DNA of 63,035 nt, counting the filler, from Reclinomonas americana ATCC 50394 (taxonomy: Eukaryota): the NCBI GenBank assembly GCA_048213135.1. It is 16 parts of 16 records of this genome, joined end to end, with 100 filler letters (N's around TTAATTAATTAA, not from the genome) between each part and the next. Parts side by side here need not be neighbours in the genome. Positions count along the whole stretch, not along the records: positions 21,461 to 23,445 come from AFZH01019198.1; positions 23,546 to 25,163 come from AFZH01019199.1; positions 25,264 to 28,070 come from AFZH01019200.1; positions 28,171 to 30,551 come from AFZH01019201.1; positions 30,652 to 35,830 come from AFZH01019202.1; 11 more parts are not named here. One strand, written 5' to 3'. Below are positions 22,030-34,526 of the stretch, piece after piece. Numbering within the stretch: position 1 is the stretch's first letter; the number at the start of each line of letters is the position of its first letter. A model generated the notes under the pieces. That model saw nothing but the letters and a program-made list of their open reading frames with translations. It was not told the origin of the DNA and ran no database searches. The position numbers and the translations under genes are program-made.

Positions 22030-23672
22030 ATGGCTTCATCATCCGATCGCAGTGATTTCAAGCCCTGGTTGCCGACCGAGGGCGATGTGAGGGACGAGCT
22101 GGCCGTGCTCGTCTGCTCGGCGCTGCTGAGCGAGCCGCGCTACTACGACAACGGCGACCTGAGTGCGCAGGCCAGCGAGATCCGCCGCGTGGCCCGTGCG
22201 TGCGCCGCCACAGAGGAGATCGACGCCGACTTTTTGCTGTGTCTGGCGCGCTACGTCAGAGTCGACCTGGGCCTACGGGCCTCCTCGTGCTTCCTGCTGG
22301 CGCTGGCGGCTGCAGATGAGGAGTGTGCACCGCGCTGCTCACGATTTGTGTCGCACTACGTGCCTCTGGTGTGCCAGCACCCAGGCGACCTGCTGGAGCT
22401 GGCCAACAGCGTGACGGCGCTGTCCGGGCGCGACAAGTGGCTGCCGTCGTGCATTCGACGGGGCGTGTGCCTCGCCCTGCCGCGGTACGACGAGTACCAG
22501 CTGGCCAAGCACAACCGCGACAAGGTCCGGCGAGCGAAGGAGCGTCAGCGCAAGGCGGCCAAGAAGCAGGCACAGCAGCAGGAGCTGGAGGCAGCTGCTG
22601 CCGCGGCGGCGGCTGTGGCGCCGAAGGGCAACAAGGCCAAGGCCATGGGGAAGAAGGACCAGCGACAGAAGGTCGCAATGAAGGCTCGCGGCAGCATTGC
22701 GGCCATGGCGGCTCGTGCACAGACCGCCAGTGCCGCCGGTGCAGACGGCAGCGGCAGTGGCAGTGGCAGTGCGCGCCAGCCGTGGACGCTGAAGCAGCTG
22801 GTGCGCACTTGCCACGCCCACGAGCCGTGGAACCTCGTGTCGAAGATCCTGGGCAAGCGCGACGAGACTACGGGCCAGCGCCTGGCACTCGCCACGCCGC
22901 AGACGTGGGAGACGCAGGTGGCCGCCCACGGCAACACGAGCGCAGTGTGGGAGGAGTTGCTGCGGGCGAACAAGCTGCCGCTGCTCGCCACCCTCCGGAA
23001 CCTGCGCAGCCTGCTCACGGTGACGCCAATGGTGGACGCGAGCCTGTACCGTGCCACTGTGCTGGCTCGGCTCACCAGTGAGCGGGCGGTGGGCATCTCG
23101 CGGCTGGCGCCGCACCAGTTCCTGGCGGCCGTGCACGTCGTCGGACAGCTCGCGGACTCGGCCGAGTTGTCTGCGAGTGCCGCGGCGTTGGCGCGGGAGA
23201 CGACGGAGGCGCTGGACACGGCGTGCGCGTGCGCTGCCAACCGCAACTTGCCTCAGCTGCGCGGTCGGACGGTCGTGTTTTGCGACACCAGCGGCTCCAT
23301 GGGCTCGGTGTGCAACACGGGCAGGGCGACTGGCCTCGGCCAGCAGCAGCGGCAGAGAGGCAATCGTGCTGCCGGCGCCACGCACGTCACCTGCCGCGAC
23401 GTGGCGGTGTTCCTCAGCCTGCTGATCAAGTTTGCCGGCGGCGATNNNNNNNNNNNNNNNNNNNNNNNNNNNNNNNNNNNNNNNNNNNNTTAATTAATTA
23501 ANNNNNNNNNNNNNNNNNNNNNNNNNNNNNNNNNNNNNNNNNNNNGAATGCCGGCACCGCAGCCGGCGCTGTCGTTGCTCGCGTTGGAGACGAGCAGGCC
23601 ATGGAGGTGGAGGAGCTCGAGGGAGCAATGAGTGTGGACGAGGAGGGCGAGGCTGATGAGGCGGTCGTGTAG
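22030..23672 (+). CDS. TROVE + vWA domain protein of TEP1/p80 type; gap at 23446; probable C-terminus 23546-23672
   Basis: FLLCLARYVRVDLGLR, YDEYQLAKHN, TLKQLVRTCHAHEP..ILGKR, PQTWETQVAAHGN..VWEELL..KLPLLATLRNLR, GRTVVFCDTSGSM (MIDAS). Confidence 0.85.
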
Positions 23673-23841
23673 GGACAGAGAGACGAAGAAGAGGGGGAGG
23701 ATACATAATGAATCTTTAATAATAATGATATCAACTTCTGGAAACGCTCTTGCTTTACAGTTTCTCTAAATCCATTCTGTTGAGAGCGACCACCGCGCCG
23801 TCTTCGAGACTGACACGTGCGCAACCTCACTCACCGCTTAC

Positions 23842-24246
23842 ATGGACACTTCAGAACCAGAACCAGACAGCACCGCTCTCGCACGCGGTGAGTTCATTCG
23901 AATGCACGAATAATAACAGCGGGTGAGTAAGTGAGGAAGAGGCTCTTTCTGACACCTCTGCTCCCCCTGCCATCAGCCTCGCGGCAACGAGCACTTGCTG
24001 CACGCCAACGTGAGACCATCTCTCTCATTCAGGAGAGCAGCACGCGGCTGTTGGAATCCGTGGATCTCTCTCGCCGTGCAGTTGGTGAATTCGAATTCAA
24101 TCATCGTCACCTCATCACCATGCACTCGCTCGCAGAGTTGCTGACTGATGCGTTGTACAGCACGAATGGAAGCACTCAAGGCTGCGATGGCGGCCCAAGC
24201 CAGCGCAGCGAGTGGACCACCTGGGCCATCCAATGATCATCGATGA
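23842..24246 (+). CDS. Small coiled-coil hypothetical protein (2 introns)
   Basis: ATG plus GT-AG introns give MDTSEPEPDSTALARASRQRALAARQRETISLIQESSTRLLESVDLSRRAVARMEALKAAMAAQ... Confidence 0.45.
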
Positions 24247-24574
24247 TGATGACTTTGATTCGAAAGCCCCTCTCTCGTGCATTCGACGGAGTGTGTGTCT
24301 TCCCTCTCTCTGCCGCAGTGCGACGAGTGCCAAATGGGCAAGCACAACCGCACGCGCGCACAGAAGCGAGCGTGGCGCCGGTCGTGTGAGAAATTGAATG
24401 AGTGAAACAGCATACGCGTGTGGCTGGCGCCGTCGCTGCGGTGCCTGCCTTGATCAGGAGCATGATCCCGAAGGAGGGAGAGAGAGTGCGCGCGAGAGAG
24501 CGATGAGTGTACACTGATGATGAAGACGAACTCAGTAACGCACTTTACAGTGTCCACTTCATTGTCCACATCTG

Positions 24575-25163
24575 ATGTCTTCACGCGGGTTCCCACCACC
24601 CCCCGCTGCCTTCACCACGGGTCTCGGCGGCGCGTCGTCTGTGCTGAATCGCGTGCGCAGCTTCCTGCCGACACTCGCAGCGGCGAACGAAAGCCTGCTG
24701 GCCGATCCGAGCAGTCGCGGTGTCGCCGATCCCGAGTCACATGTGCGCTCCGCGTCGCACAGCGGCGGTGATGATGATGACGACGACGAGGAGGAGGATC
24801 CAATGCAGGCAGAGGACGAGGACGACCCCATGGGCGAGGAGGACGACGACGACGGGGCGCAGGCAGTGGAGATGGCAAGTGCACATTCACATCACCAGCC
24901 GCCCTTTCTCTTTCCCCCCATTGGTTCGAAACTCACGCGCACGTCATCCTATATCACACAGTCACTGGCGCTGGGCGTGTACATTACATCATCGTCCTCG
25001 TCGTCATCATCAGCCGGAGAGGAAGACGAGGACGAAGATGAAGAGGCAGGGGAAAAGCAGGCAGGTGCGAACGATGGTGACGAGGGAATGAGACCAGCAG
25101 GTCGCAGAAGACGACTGCGTTTGCCCACGGCGGCCTCCTCAGCCGCCGCCGGCCACGCCTCCT
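24575..25163 (+). CDS. DUF4598 / NOPCHAP1 (C12orf45)-like protein, 3'-truncated
   Basis: SSVLNRVRSFLPTLAAANESL...acidic tract...VEM|SLALGVY (GC-AG intron at 24875). Confidence 0.7.
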
Positions 25164-25438
25164 NNNNNNNNNNNNNNNNNNNNNNNNNNNNNNNNNNNNN
25201 NNNNNNNTTAATTAATTAANNNNNNNNNNNNNNNNNNNNNNNNNNNNNNNNNNNNNNNNNNNNCGCTTCCTGAATGGCGGCGAGCCATTGATCTGCCACA
25301 AGAGAGAGTGTTACACGCGAAAGAGAGAGAGAGAGAGGAGTGTGCTGTCGACTGACCGCGCACAGTGGGCGACGAGTCGGCAGCAGCAGCAGAAGGCGAC
25401 GAGGGACTGTGGTAGTTCATTTTGTTCTCTGTGTTGTT

Positions 25439-26601
25439 TTACATGCGTGTGTTGGTGATGACGGTGGAAGGACGACGGACCAAGGGCTCGCCGTCGTCTT
25501 GCACGTCGAGGTGTGGCTGCTCCAACCAGCGCACTGCGCATTGCAGCAGGCGCCACACACCACCGAGCACCGGAGTGCCGCGATCGTGCGCGTCCACCTG
25601 GCTCGGAATGGACAAGTGATAGAGATTCCACAGCAGCAGTGTCAGCACCAGCGCAATCAGCACGTCTGCCACACGAACAAGTAAGTGTGTGAGGAGGAGT
25701 CACAGTGCACAAGTCGCAGCAGCAGCAGCAGCAGCTGACCGATGGTGTAGTGGTAGCGACATGACAAGAGGAGCGCCATGCCGGCAAAGCTGAACAACCA
25801 CGCGACGACATGCGACTGCGCAGCTGCGATTGAGCAGCAGCGGAGCGGAAGGGGAGCACACACACGCACAGTCGACTCACCAGCCTCGACTTGGAGTACG
25901 ACTGCCAGGCGAGAGTCATAAGCAGGAAGTGCACCGTGTGCCCGGAAAACATCAAGTCTGTCGCAACACACAAAGTCAGACTCCCTCTTCTCTGCCTCTT
26001 TCTCTCGCGCGCGCAAGGCCGCACCTCCACAGCTCCAGAACGGAAACCTCGACACAGTCATCCACACGGCGCCCCACACGGTGGTGGGACACTCGGAGCC
26101 ACAGTGATTGCATCGCGGATCGGGATTGTTGAGCTAGTCAATGAATGAGCGCGGGGTGATTGGATTCATCACGTGTTGTGTGTGAGTGCCGCTCACCGAG
26201 GTGGAGATAATGGTCACAGCGCGCGAGAACAACAACACCCCGTCAATCACCATCCACCGGATAGCCACTGCCCACCGTCGCGAGTCCAACAACAAGAAGC
26301 GCGCGCCAGTCACCAACATAAACAGCACCAGCACATATGTCGGCAGCTGGCTGCTGCTGCCAAAGTACCTGTGCGTGTGCATATGTGTGAGCGTGAGCAG
26401 TGAGAGTGGAGTGTGTGCGAGAACTCACGGGATGGCATCGTAGCCGAGATCTGGCAACACGGGGAACGGATCACGTGGTGGCCATCCGGCGCCCTTGGGC
26501 ATTCTCCACATGGCCACGCCCGAGCTCACATCGTTGACCACGTAGGCCACAAAGAAGAAGATAAAGGCCGCCCAGAAGCGCCTTGCGGTGCCCACCATCA
26601 T
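25439..26601 (-). CDS. Sphingomyelin/IPC synthase-like phosphatidyltransferase (PAP2_C)
   Basis: PVLPDLGYDAIP, SRAVTIISTSL, WSCGDLMFSGHT, RYHYTIDVLIA; multiple TM segments. Confidence 0.88.
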
Positions 26602-26669
26602 CCGTCTAGTCCGTCGACAATCACGCGCGCAGGACGACACAGTCCTCCGTCGCTCTCTGTCTTCGTTGC

Positions 26670-28848
26670 ATGAGCGCGTTGGTTGCGCTGTTTGGGCGAC
26701 TGGCCTCTGCGCTGCCGTCATTACGTGGGCGGCCACGACTGGCATCGGCAGTGTCGCGCTTGCTTGGCTCGCCCACATCGACGCCCGACGAAGGCACCGT
26801 GCATGCCAATCGCGTGTGCGACCTGGCGCTCTTTCTTCCGGTCAGCGCACGCACTGTGCTGCGAGCAGGTAGGTGTGGAGGACGGCAGATAGAGAGACGG
26901 GCACTGACGCGCACCTCCAGGCTCGGGGGTGCTCGATGCACAGACGCACCCACCAATGTCGACGGTGACGCTGACGATGAAAGTGACGGCGTATGTGCAG
27001 CATCCGCGACGCACGCTGGTGCATGGAGTGACGACGCAAGGGCAGCAGGTGCACGTGGTGTACTTTGCGCGAATGCCCATGGGCTACATCCACAAGCAGT
27101 TCCCGCGGGATCAGCTGCGCGTGGTCACCGGGCGCGTCAAGTTCTTCCAGCCGCACTCGTGTTGCGTCTTGTCGCGTCTCGCCACTCTCTCCGCGTCTCT
27201 CTAACTGTCTCTATGTGTGTGTGACGCGACAGTGGTGCTGCCGATTGTGAGCATCTCACACCCGACGTATGTGGGCTCGCCGGAGACGACTGCTACTGCT
27301 GCCGCCACCGAGCCACCATTACCCGAGTCAGCTGGCGAAGGCACACTGGCAACAACCAAGACGAAGACGAGGAAGACGAAGAAGCAACAAAAGGCGCCGA
27401 CAGAGGACCTTACTGTAGACTCCACACCACCAACGACAACAACATCGGAGGAGCAACCGGTTCCAGTGTATCCGCTCACCGCCGGGCTGAAGTCGTCGGT
27501 GTTGCAGACGTTGATCCGCGAGGCCATGGAGCAGTCGGTGGTACCGCATCTGCAGCGCGTGGAGTGGTTGTCGCCGACCTTGGTGCGTGAGCGACAGTGG
27601 ATGTCGTTCACCGACGCCTTGCGGTGCGTGCACTTTATGGATGCGCACGGCAGCTCGAATGACGCCGCAGCCAAGGCGCAACGCGAGGCGGCACGCTCCC
27701 GACTGGCCTTCGACGAGCTCTTTGCACAGCAGTTGGCGTTCTCCGTGGCCCGACACGAGCGCATGCTGGAGGCCGACGCGCGTCAGACCCTTCAACAGAA
27801 TCGTGTGACACTCAGTTTCGCTGAAGTGCAGGAACGAGTGCCGCTGATCAAGCGTGCAGTTGCCGCCCTCCCGTTTGCACTGTCGCCCGGGCAGGAGAGC
27901 GCCGTGTGTGAAATCGTGTCGGACGTGCTGCACGGAACAACGACGCGCACACCGATGTGTCGCCTCCTGCAGGGCGATGTCGGCTCCGGCAAGACCGTGG
28001 TGACGTTTCTGGCGGCCCTGGCTGCCGTACACACCGGTGGGCAAGTGGCACTGATGGCCCCGACCGAGCTNNNNNNNNNNNNNNNNNNNNNNNNNNNNNN
28101 NNNNNNNNNNNNNNTTAATTAATTAANNNNNNNNNNNNNNNNNNNNNNNNNNNNNNNNNNNNNNNNNNNNTTGGTCGGCACCACGGTGGTGGAGGTGGGC
28201 ATGGATGTGCGTCTCGCCACGCTGATGGTCGTGGAGCACGCGGAACGGTACGGCCTCTCGCAGTTGCATCAGCTGCGTGGTCGCGTCGGCCGCTCCGGCG
28301 ATCGACCGAGTCGATGCATTCTCATGGCGTCCGAGTCGGTGTCGACTAGCTCCGAGGCCACCGAGCGATTGCGCATTATGGAGTCGACTCATGATGGGTG
28401 TGTGTGTGTGTGTGTGTGTGTGCGTGAATGAGAAGGGTCGCGCGTGTGTGTGGCTCATGTGACGGCAGTTTTGTGATTGCTGAACGAGACTTGGCATTCC
28501 GAGGGCATGGCGAAGTGCTCGGAACCAAGCAGGTGTGTGAGGGGTTCGGCGGGGGGAATGGGTGTGTTTCTCATTCGACAACACGCAGAGTGGAGCGGTG
28601 GACTACCGCATCGCGCAGCCAGGTGACCCCGCACTGTACGAGGAAATGACGCTGGCGCAGGAGCACGCTCGGCAGCTGGTGGAGGTGGACCCGCACCTGG
28701 ACAACTCGCCCCGAGGCAAGGCCGCTCGCACGCTGTTGGAGGTGTTTGGGAAGCATGAAGCGTTGCAGTTCTTGCGGTGAGTGCTGCGTGTTTTGGCGTT
28801 GTGTGGTGGTGCTGCGCTGAGCAATGTGTGTGTCGCAGGTCGGGGTGA
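26670..28848 (+). CDS. recG: RecG DNA helicase, alphaproteobacterial-like, intron-containing; spans the gap at 28071
   Basis: [111 protein letters not shown]. Confidence 0.95.
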
Positions 28849-28962
28849 TCGACTTTAAAAGGCTGTCTTTTCTAGATCTCCGTTCGATTTTCACAAATTT
28901 TCTTTCGCTCGTTTTTTTAATTTTTAACGGTCGAGCGAGAAAAGACCGTCGACCAACTTATC

Positions 28963-29650
28963 ATGAGCTCAGCTTCCGACGCTCACACCGAGTACGACTC
29001 GGACGCCGGTCTGTGCCACCACCACTACCACGCACACACACACACGCACACTCTCTCTCTCCTTCACTTACACTCCCACAGACTCCTGGGCCACCGGATC
29101 CTCGTCATCCAATGATTCGGTGCTCTCACCAGCTGGGGATCTGCGCACCGACGCCCTCGGCGAACTGATGCGCGACCTGGTGCGCGCGCGGCGGAGATCA
29201 GCGGTTGGTGCACTGGCTCGCGACCTGCGGCCAGAAGACGTGCAAGGAATGGACGGCACGAGCGTGCGCATGGGCGCCGTGTATGAGTGGCTCGGGGGAG
29301 TGGACGCGGCCGCCGACACCGCCGTGGTCGAGTGTCCACCTAGTCCGGCTGTGGGTGCCAGTGGGAGTGGTGTGAGTGCGCCAGTGTCGCCGCAGAGTCC
29401 GTCGTCGCCAGTGGCGCGGCTGCGTGCGTCTCCATCGTCGGCACGCAGTCGGAGTCGACGTGTGTCGCTGTCGCTGGCCGCCGCCAGTCCACCGGCGAGT
29501 CCACCCTCACCCGCAGCACTGGCCATGGGCGGCGAATCGTCGTCTTCATCGGCGGCTGCTCCGCTGCGCTCGCCACTGCGCATGAGCAAGCAGGGAGGGA
29601 ATGGCGGCACACCGCGCAGCAGCACGGCGACTCGGCTGTCATTGTGCTGA
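28963..29650 (+). CDS. Hypothetical Ser/Pro-rich protein (1 intron)
   Basis: ATG 28963 exon spliced (GTCTGT...CCACAG) into ORF 29120..29650. Confidence 0.5.
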
Positions 29651-29705
29651 CGATTCGCATGGTCCATAGACATGTATTAAACAAAACAACAAAGATGAAG
29701 ACTGG

Positions 29706-30551
29706 TCAGCGCATGATTTGATTCATCGTGCGCACGCTGCTGTGTAGCCGCCCATTGACGCTGTCGACACCGGTCTCCAGCACCGTCAGGCGTCCATTCT
29801 GCCGATCCAGTTCCTCTCCCAGGCCGAGACTGGTCGCCCGTAGCGAGGCCACCAGCGACTCCACCTGCTGCAGATCCTGGTCCACGCTGGCGTTGATCTC
29901 GTCGAGACGACGGTGCGTCTGTGCCAGTCGCCCGCCACCGGCATCAACATCGCCCTTGCCGCGAGTCGATTGTGGTGAAGGACCACCAGCTGCTGCTGCC
30001 GCCGCAGCGGCACCTCTCTTTCCTCCTGCAGCCGTGGTTGTTGTTGCTGTTGTTGTCGTCGTCGACTGGAAAAAGGACAGCCAGTCAGTGTCACTTGTCG
30101 CTGGCGAGGTACACGAGAAAAGGCACACCCACCGATGCAGTGGCACGAGCATTACCGGCGCTGCCGCGCGCGGGTCGGGGGAGAAGCGACGGACGCGGGC
30201 CTTCCCACTCGGGCGCCACACCCGCAGTCTCGTACGTCACCTCTAACCGGCCGTCGTGCAGATTGATGATCGACTGCACCACGTCGCGATAGCGCATCGT
30301 GCACAGTTGTTGCGGTCCGTCTTGCCGAGTTCTGAGCGACGGGTGAGTTCACAACAACGACGTGCACGTGCTTCCGCTGCCTCAGCACGCAACTGAATCG
30401 TGATGTGATACGGCCGTGAGCAGATGACCACTCCCGTCACCTCGCTCAGCTGGAACTGCACCAGCTGCTGCGCGGCCAGTCCACCGTGTGCTCCCATCAC
30501 CGTCCGCAGCGTCACCTGCCCCTCCGTTCCATCGTCCTCATTCCCAAACCC
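29706..30551 (-). CDS. SNAP-25/29/47-like SNARE with C-terminal Qc coiled coil; 5'-partial
   Basis: VDQDLQQVESLVASLRATSLGLGEELDRQNGRLTVLETGVDSVNGRLHSSVRTMNQIMR*; no C-terminal TM. Confidence 0.75.
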
Positions 30552-30651
30552 NNNNNNNNNNNNNNNNNNNNNNNNNNNNNNNNNNNNNNNNNNNNTTAAT
30601 TAATTAANNNNNNNNNNNNNNNNNNNNNNNNNNNNNNNNNNNNNNNNNNNN

Positions 30652-31830
30652 GCGAGGACCGCCTCCACTATTCTCCGGTGGCGCTGCATCGTCGTCATCG
30701 GTGCTGTCGCCGACGGGTGTGTCGATGCATGGCGCAGAGAGTCCCGGCGCAGCAGCAGCAAGTGTGATGATGAGCGATAGCATGGAGGATGGTGGTGGCG
30801 ATGATGATGGTGCAGCAGCAGCCGGAGCATCGTCTCCACCACCTCCGCTGCATCACGAGCAGCCATCGTCGCCACTGCCGGGTGCTGTGATGGGAACGGC
30901 CACGAATGAGACGGCGTCGGATAGCGGTGATGAGGGCGGCGATGGCGACGAGTTGGTGCGAGGTGCGGTTTACATGTCTAACACAAATGTGTGCTATCGA
31001 ATGCAGTGCAGTTTTTCCTCAATTCGTCGTCGTCGTCGTTGGGTGTGCAGTGGCGCAAGGCTTGACGGCGGAGGAATTCAGTGAGGTGTTTACTGGCCTG
31101 CCGGAGATTGTGCGACCGCCGGCTGAGATTGTGGCGCGCTACTTTGATGCGTTTGACACGGATCACAATGGCTTGGTTGATTTCCACGAGTTCCTCGCCG
31201 GTCTCTACGTGTGCTGTCGCGGCACCATCGACGACAAGGTCAACTTTCTCTTCAAGATTCAGGACCTCGACGGCGACGGCATCATCACGAAGCGAGAGTA
31301 TTCGACTGTGGCGCGCGCCTCCATGCAGGCGTTTCATCGGGTCATGCGTGCCGAGTTGGAGGCCAGCAAGGACCCCATTCTGCTCGAGTCGTTTGACGAG
31401 GGCATTCGTGTCGGCGTCGACGAGGGCGTGGAGGAGTTCTTTCGTCTGGCCGATGTGCGTGACGGGAGAGGGGGCGAGATGATGAACCCGTGCGTCATGT
31501 TATCTCACTGGCTGTGCGCACGCTCTGCAGGTCGACTGCAACGGCGTGGTGACGCTCGACGAATTCCGAAGGCACATCAAGACGAACTCACGAGCACGTG
31601 AGCTGCTGAAGCATCTGGGCGTCAACTTTGCGACTGTATTTCCCGACCAACAGGTGACGCCCACCGCACTGTTATTCTTCAAAAGAGTCGTGCTTCTGAC
31701 ACAAGCGAGGGCACAGCGGCAAGTCCAGCGCATGCAGCGCGACTTTGAGGCGACCCGGCAAAAGTTTCGGGAGACCATCGAGGGTGGTCTCGTCGAGCCA
31801 GAGGAGAACTCCTGTTGTGTGTGCTTGTAG
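30652..31830 (+). CDS. EF-hand calcium sensor (NCS/calcineurin-B-like) ending in CCVCL; 5'-partial
   Basis: FDAFDTDHNGLVDFHEF, GTIDDKVNFLFKIQDLDGDGIITKRE, ADVDCNGVVTLDEF. Confidence 0.85.
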
Positions 31831-31849
31831 AATGTAGTCGCGCCGTGCG

Positions 31850-33297
31850 TCAGTTGCGTCCCATGCGGAATCCTAGACAGTCGACTCGTTGTGCGTCGGC
31901 GTCGTCCAGTCGCGAGACCAGACACTGTGCAGAGAGGAGGCTATAGTGGGGAGTGTGACTTGTGAGATGGAGCAACACCGCGCGCAAGTCACCTGTGGCC
32001 GACTACGACTGCTTGAGTGCAGCGCCACGGCAAACGACGGTGTGGTGTGGCCCCACGCCACTTGCGCGAACTGTCGTTTCGAGTCCACGTGAAGGGCCAG
32101 CACGCCACACAACACATGCGGGTGCTGGTCAAGTACGCTGGTGATCGCTGCCGCAGGGTCGCCGCCTCCGGAGCCGCCCTGTCGCATCGCCTCCACCACC
32201 GTGCCACTCATGCACGTCTCCATGAGTTGCTCGCCCACGCCAGAAGCAGAAGCACCGAGCAGCGATACGCCATCCGCGTCCACGGAAACCCATCCGCCGG
32301 CGCGAGGCATGGCCGCCTGCGTCAGAGTGCACTGAGCGACGGCGTCCCCAGCCACAGCAAGCGCCCACTCACCGACCCCACTCGTCCTCGCGTGGCCATT
32401 AGCGGCCCTCCCGAGCTGCAAACAAACGCACCAGCGCTGCCTCCGTCTTTCTGTTGCGCAGATCAGCATCCATACGGGCGGAAGAGTGTTTTGATTGCAG
32501 GAGCGCAACTGTGTGCAGAAAGAACAGCACACCGATCGTGTCACTGACGCCATCGTCTTGGCGCAACGCCTGCTGCGCGCTTTCGAAACGGGCGCGCGAC
32601 TGCGCCGTCACCAGGCGCTGCGGACAAGTGGCCACATCGTGCAATCGCGCAAACTCGCCAGCTCCGTCGCTCACCAGCATGCTGTTCGCACACACACACA
32701 CACGACAATCAACATCATCCTTCGTCATCTGTGCGACACGGAAAGCGCACAAACGCAACCGTGGTCGCACAAGCCCACTGGCCGAAAAGTCGCCACCCAC
32801 CAGCACATCGGCCAGCAGTCGTTGACACACAATGCACGGGTTTCGAACGTCTGCACCCCTCCACCACTGTCATGATCAGCATGTAATCACCAGCGTCGGC
32901 GACAAGGAAAGCGCGCGCGCACCGCTCAGCGCGCCAATCGAGGCCGATTTCGTCGTCGAAGTTCCGACACACCCGCAACTGGCATCGCACTGCACCTCAC
33001 CATCGGCATTCAACTGCGACCCAGTGCCTGCATTCGTCAGCGGCGAGTCCTGCACACGCATCTCTATATTAATAAGAGAGGCGCAAGGCGACACATAATG
33101 AAGCAATCCACCTCCAGCATGCACGCCACCTGCGTGGCAATCTGCAACGCCGCCACTCGCACATCACCCTCGCCTGCCACGCTCTCCACCCACTGCGGCA
33201 CACGCTCGCACGTCTCACGCAGCAGCGACTCGTATTCTTCCGTCGCGCTGTCCGTGTGTCGACCGGCGCCCGCGTGCAAGCAGATCTCCCATTGCAT
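31850..33297 (-). CDS. Taspase1 / type-2 asparaginase (Ntn-hydrolase)
   Basis: ICLHAGAG, LEDSPLTNAGTGSQLNADGEVQCDAS, VRNPC, SDTIG (autocleavage D|T), SSGG...GRVG, SGVGEQLM, WGHTTPSF. Confidence 0.85.
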
Positions 33298-33451
33298 TGG
33301 GAGAGAGAGACAATCGACGGGTGGGGGAGGACAGAAGCTGAGCGAAAAGGCCTGTGCTCTGTCTTCGCTCTCTGCTTTGTGATTCACTGATGTGCCGAGC
33401 GACACCGAGACTGATGGTGGTCACCGGCGCCCATCACGAACCGTTGTCATC

Positions 33452-34447
33452 ATGTCGCTGGGACGCAAGCAGCCCATTGACTTTCAGACCTACGAGGGTA
33501 TGCCCGCACACACACACATGCTACTGTGCGTGACACGCCATATAACCCGCCTATGCGCACACACGCAGATTACCTCGACACGTTCATTGACGACACCGAC
33601 ATTTACTATCTGCGCGACAGTTGTGTTTGTTCCCTGTCGCTGCCTCTCTCTCTCGCACACTCACTCTCTCTGTGTGCGCGCTCAGAGGAAGTTGGTCGGC
33701 GACTGGTAGAACTGGGCTTCCGCGGCAAGGATGTGCTGTCACGCGATGAGTGGCGGAAGAGACGAGAGGAGGCCGAGATGGCCAAGATGCAGGAGGTGCT
33801 GAAGAATGCGCCGCGGCGGCTGGCCTCCCTTGGCCGCACGTTTGCGCACTCGCCGTTCTTGCAGGCGCTGGCCAATCGCGAGGAGCTGGTGTTGCAGGGC
33901 AAGCTGACCACCATTATCTTTATCCGCGATCGCAACGCCAAGGGACAGGTGTGTGTCGAGCGATCAGCGTCACGAGTTGTTGTTGTTGTTGTTGACAGGT
34001 GGTGACATGGTGTTGCGTGCAGGAGGTGTCGGGCTACATTGACTACTATCACCGGCTGACCTCGGAGGACTTTGAGCAGTATTTCGACGGCACGAAGAAG
34101 CTACTGCCGACACCCAACGACCTGTCGTACTACAACTGGGATACGATGAATGTGGCCAGCAACGATTCTCCGTTGCGTCCCTCCTTCATCCGCCGACTGC
34201 CACAGGCGGAGATGCTGACGACATGTGATGCAGGTACATTGCCGTGCTGACGAACAGCGAGACGGGCATCGAGTTCAAGAACAAGCGCGATCGCAAAGTG
34301 ATTTGCCCCGACCCGAAGAGCGAGGCCACGTCGCACGCTGATGTGGATCCGGACGCGATCAAGACAGCTCGTGTGGAGATTCAGAGCCCCGAGTACCTGC
34401 ATGTGGTGATCTACGACCACCTCACCAGGCGACGAACCGTGTCATGA
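33452..34447 (+). CDS. CFAP299: Cilia- and flagella-associated protein 299 (DUF4464)
   Basis: [79 protein letters not shown]. Confidence 0.9.
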
Positions 34448-34526
34448 GTGCCGTGCGCTGCGGTAAAGAAGTCATTCGAGATTGTTGTAATTTTTACCAC
34501 TTTGTACACACAGCGCTATTCTGTTC

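Noticed and set aside
26860..26925. Apparent in-frame TAG/TGA in RecG suggesting stop-codon reassignment
   Set aside because: A canonical GTAGGT...CTGAC...CCAG intron removes them; TAA, TAG and TGA all terminate conserved genes elsewhere in the window.
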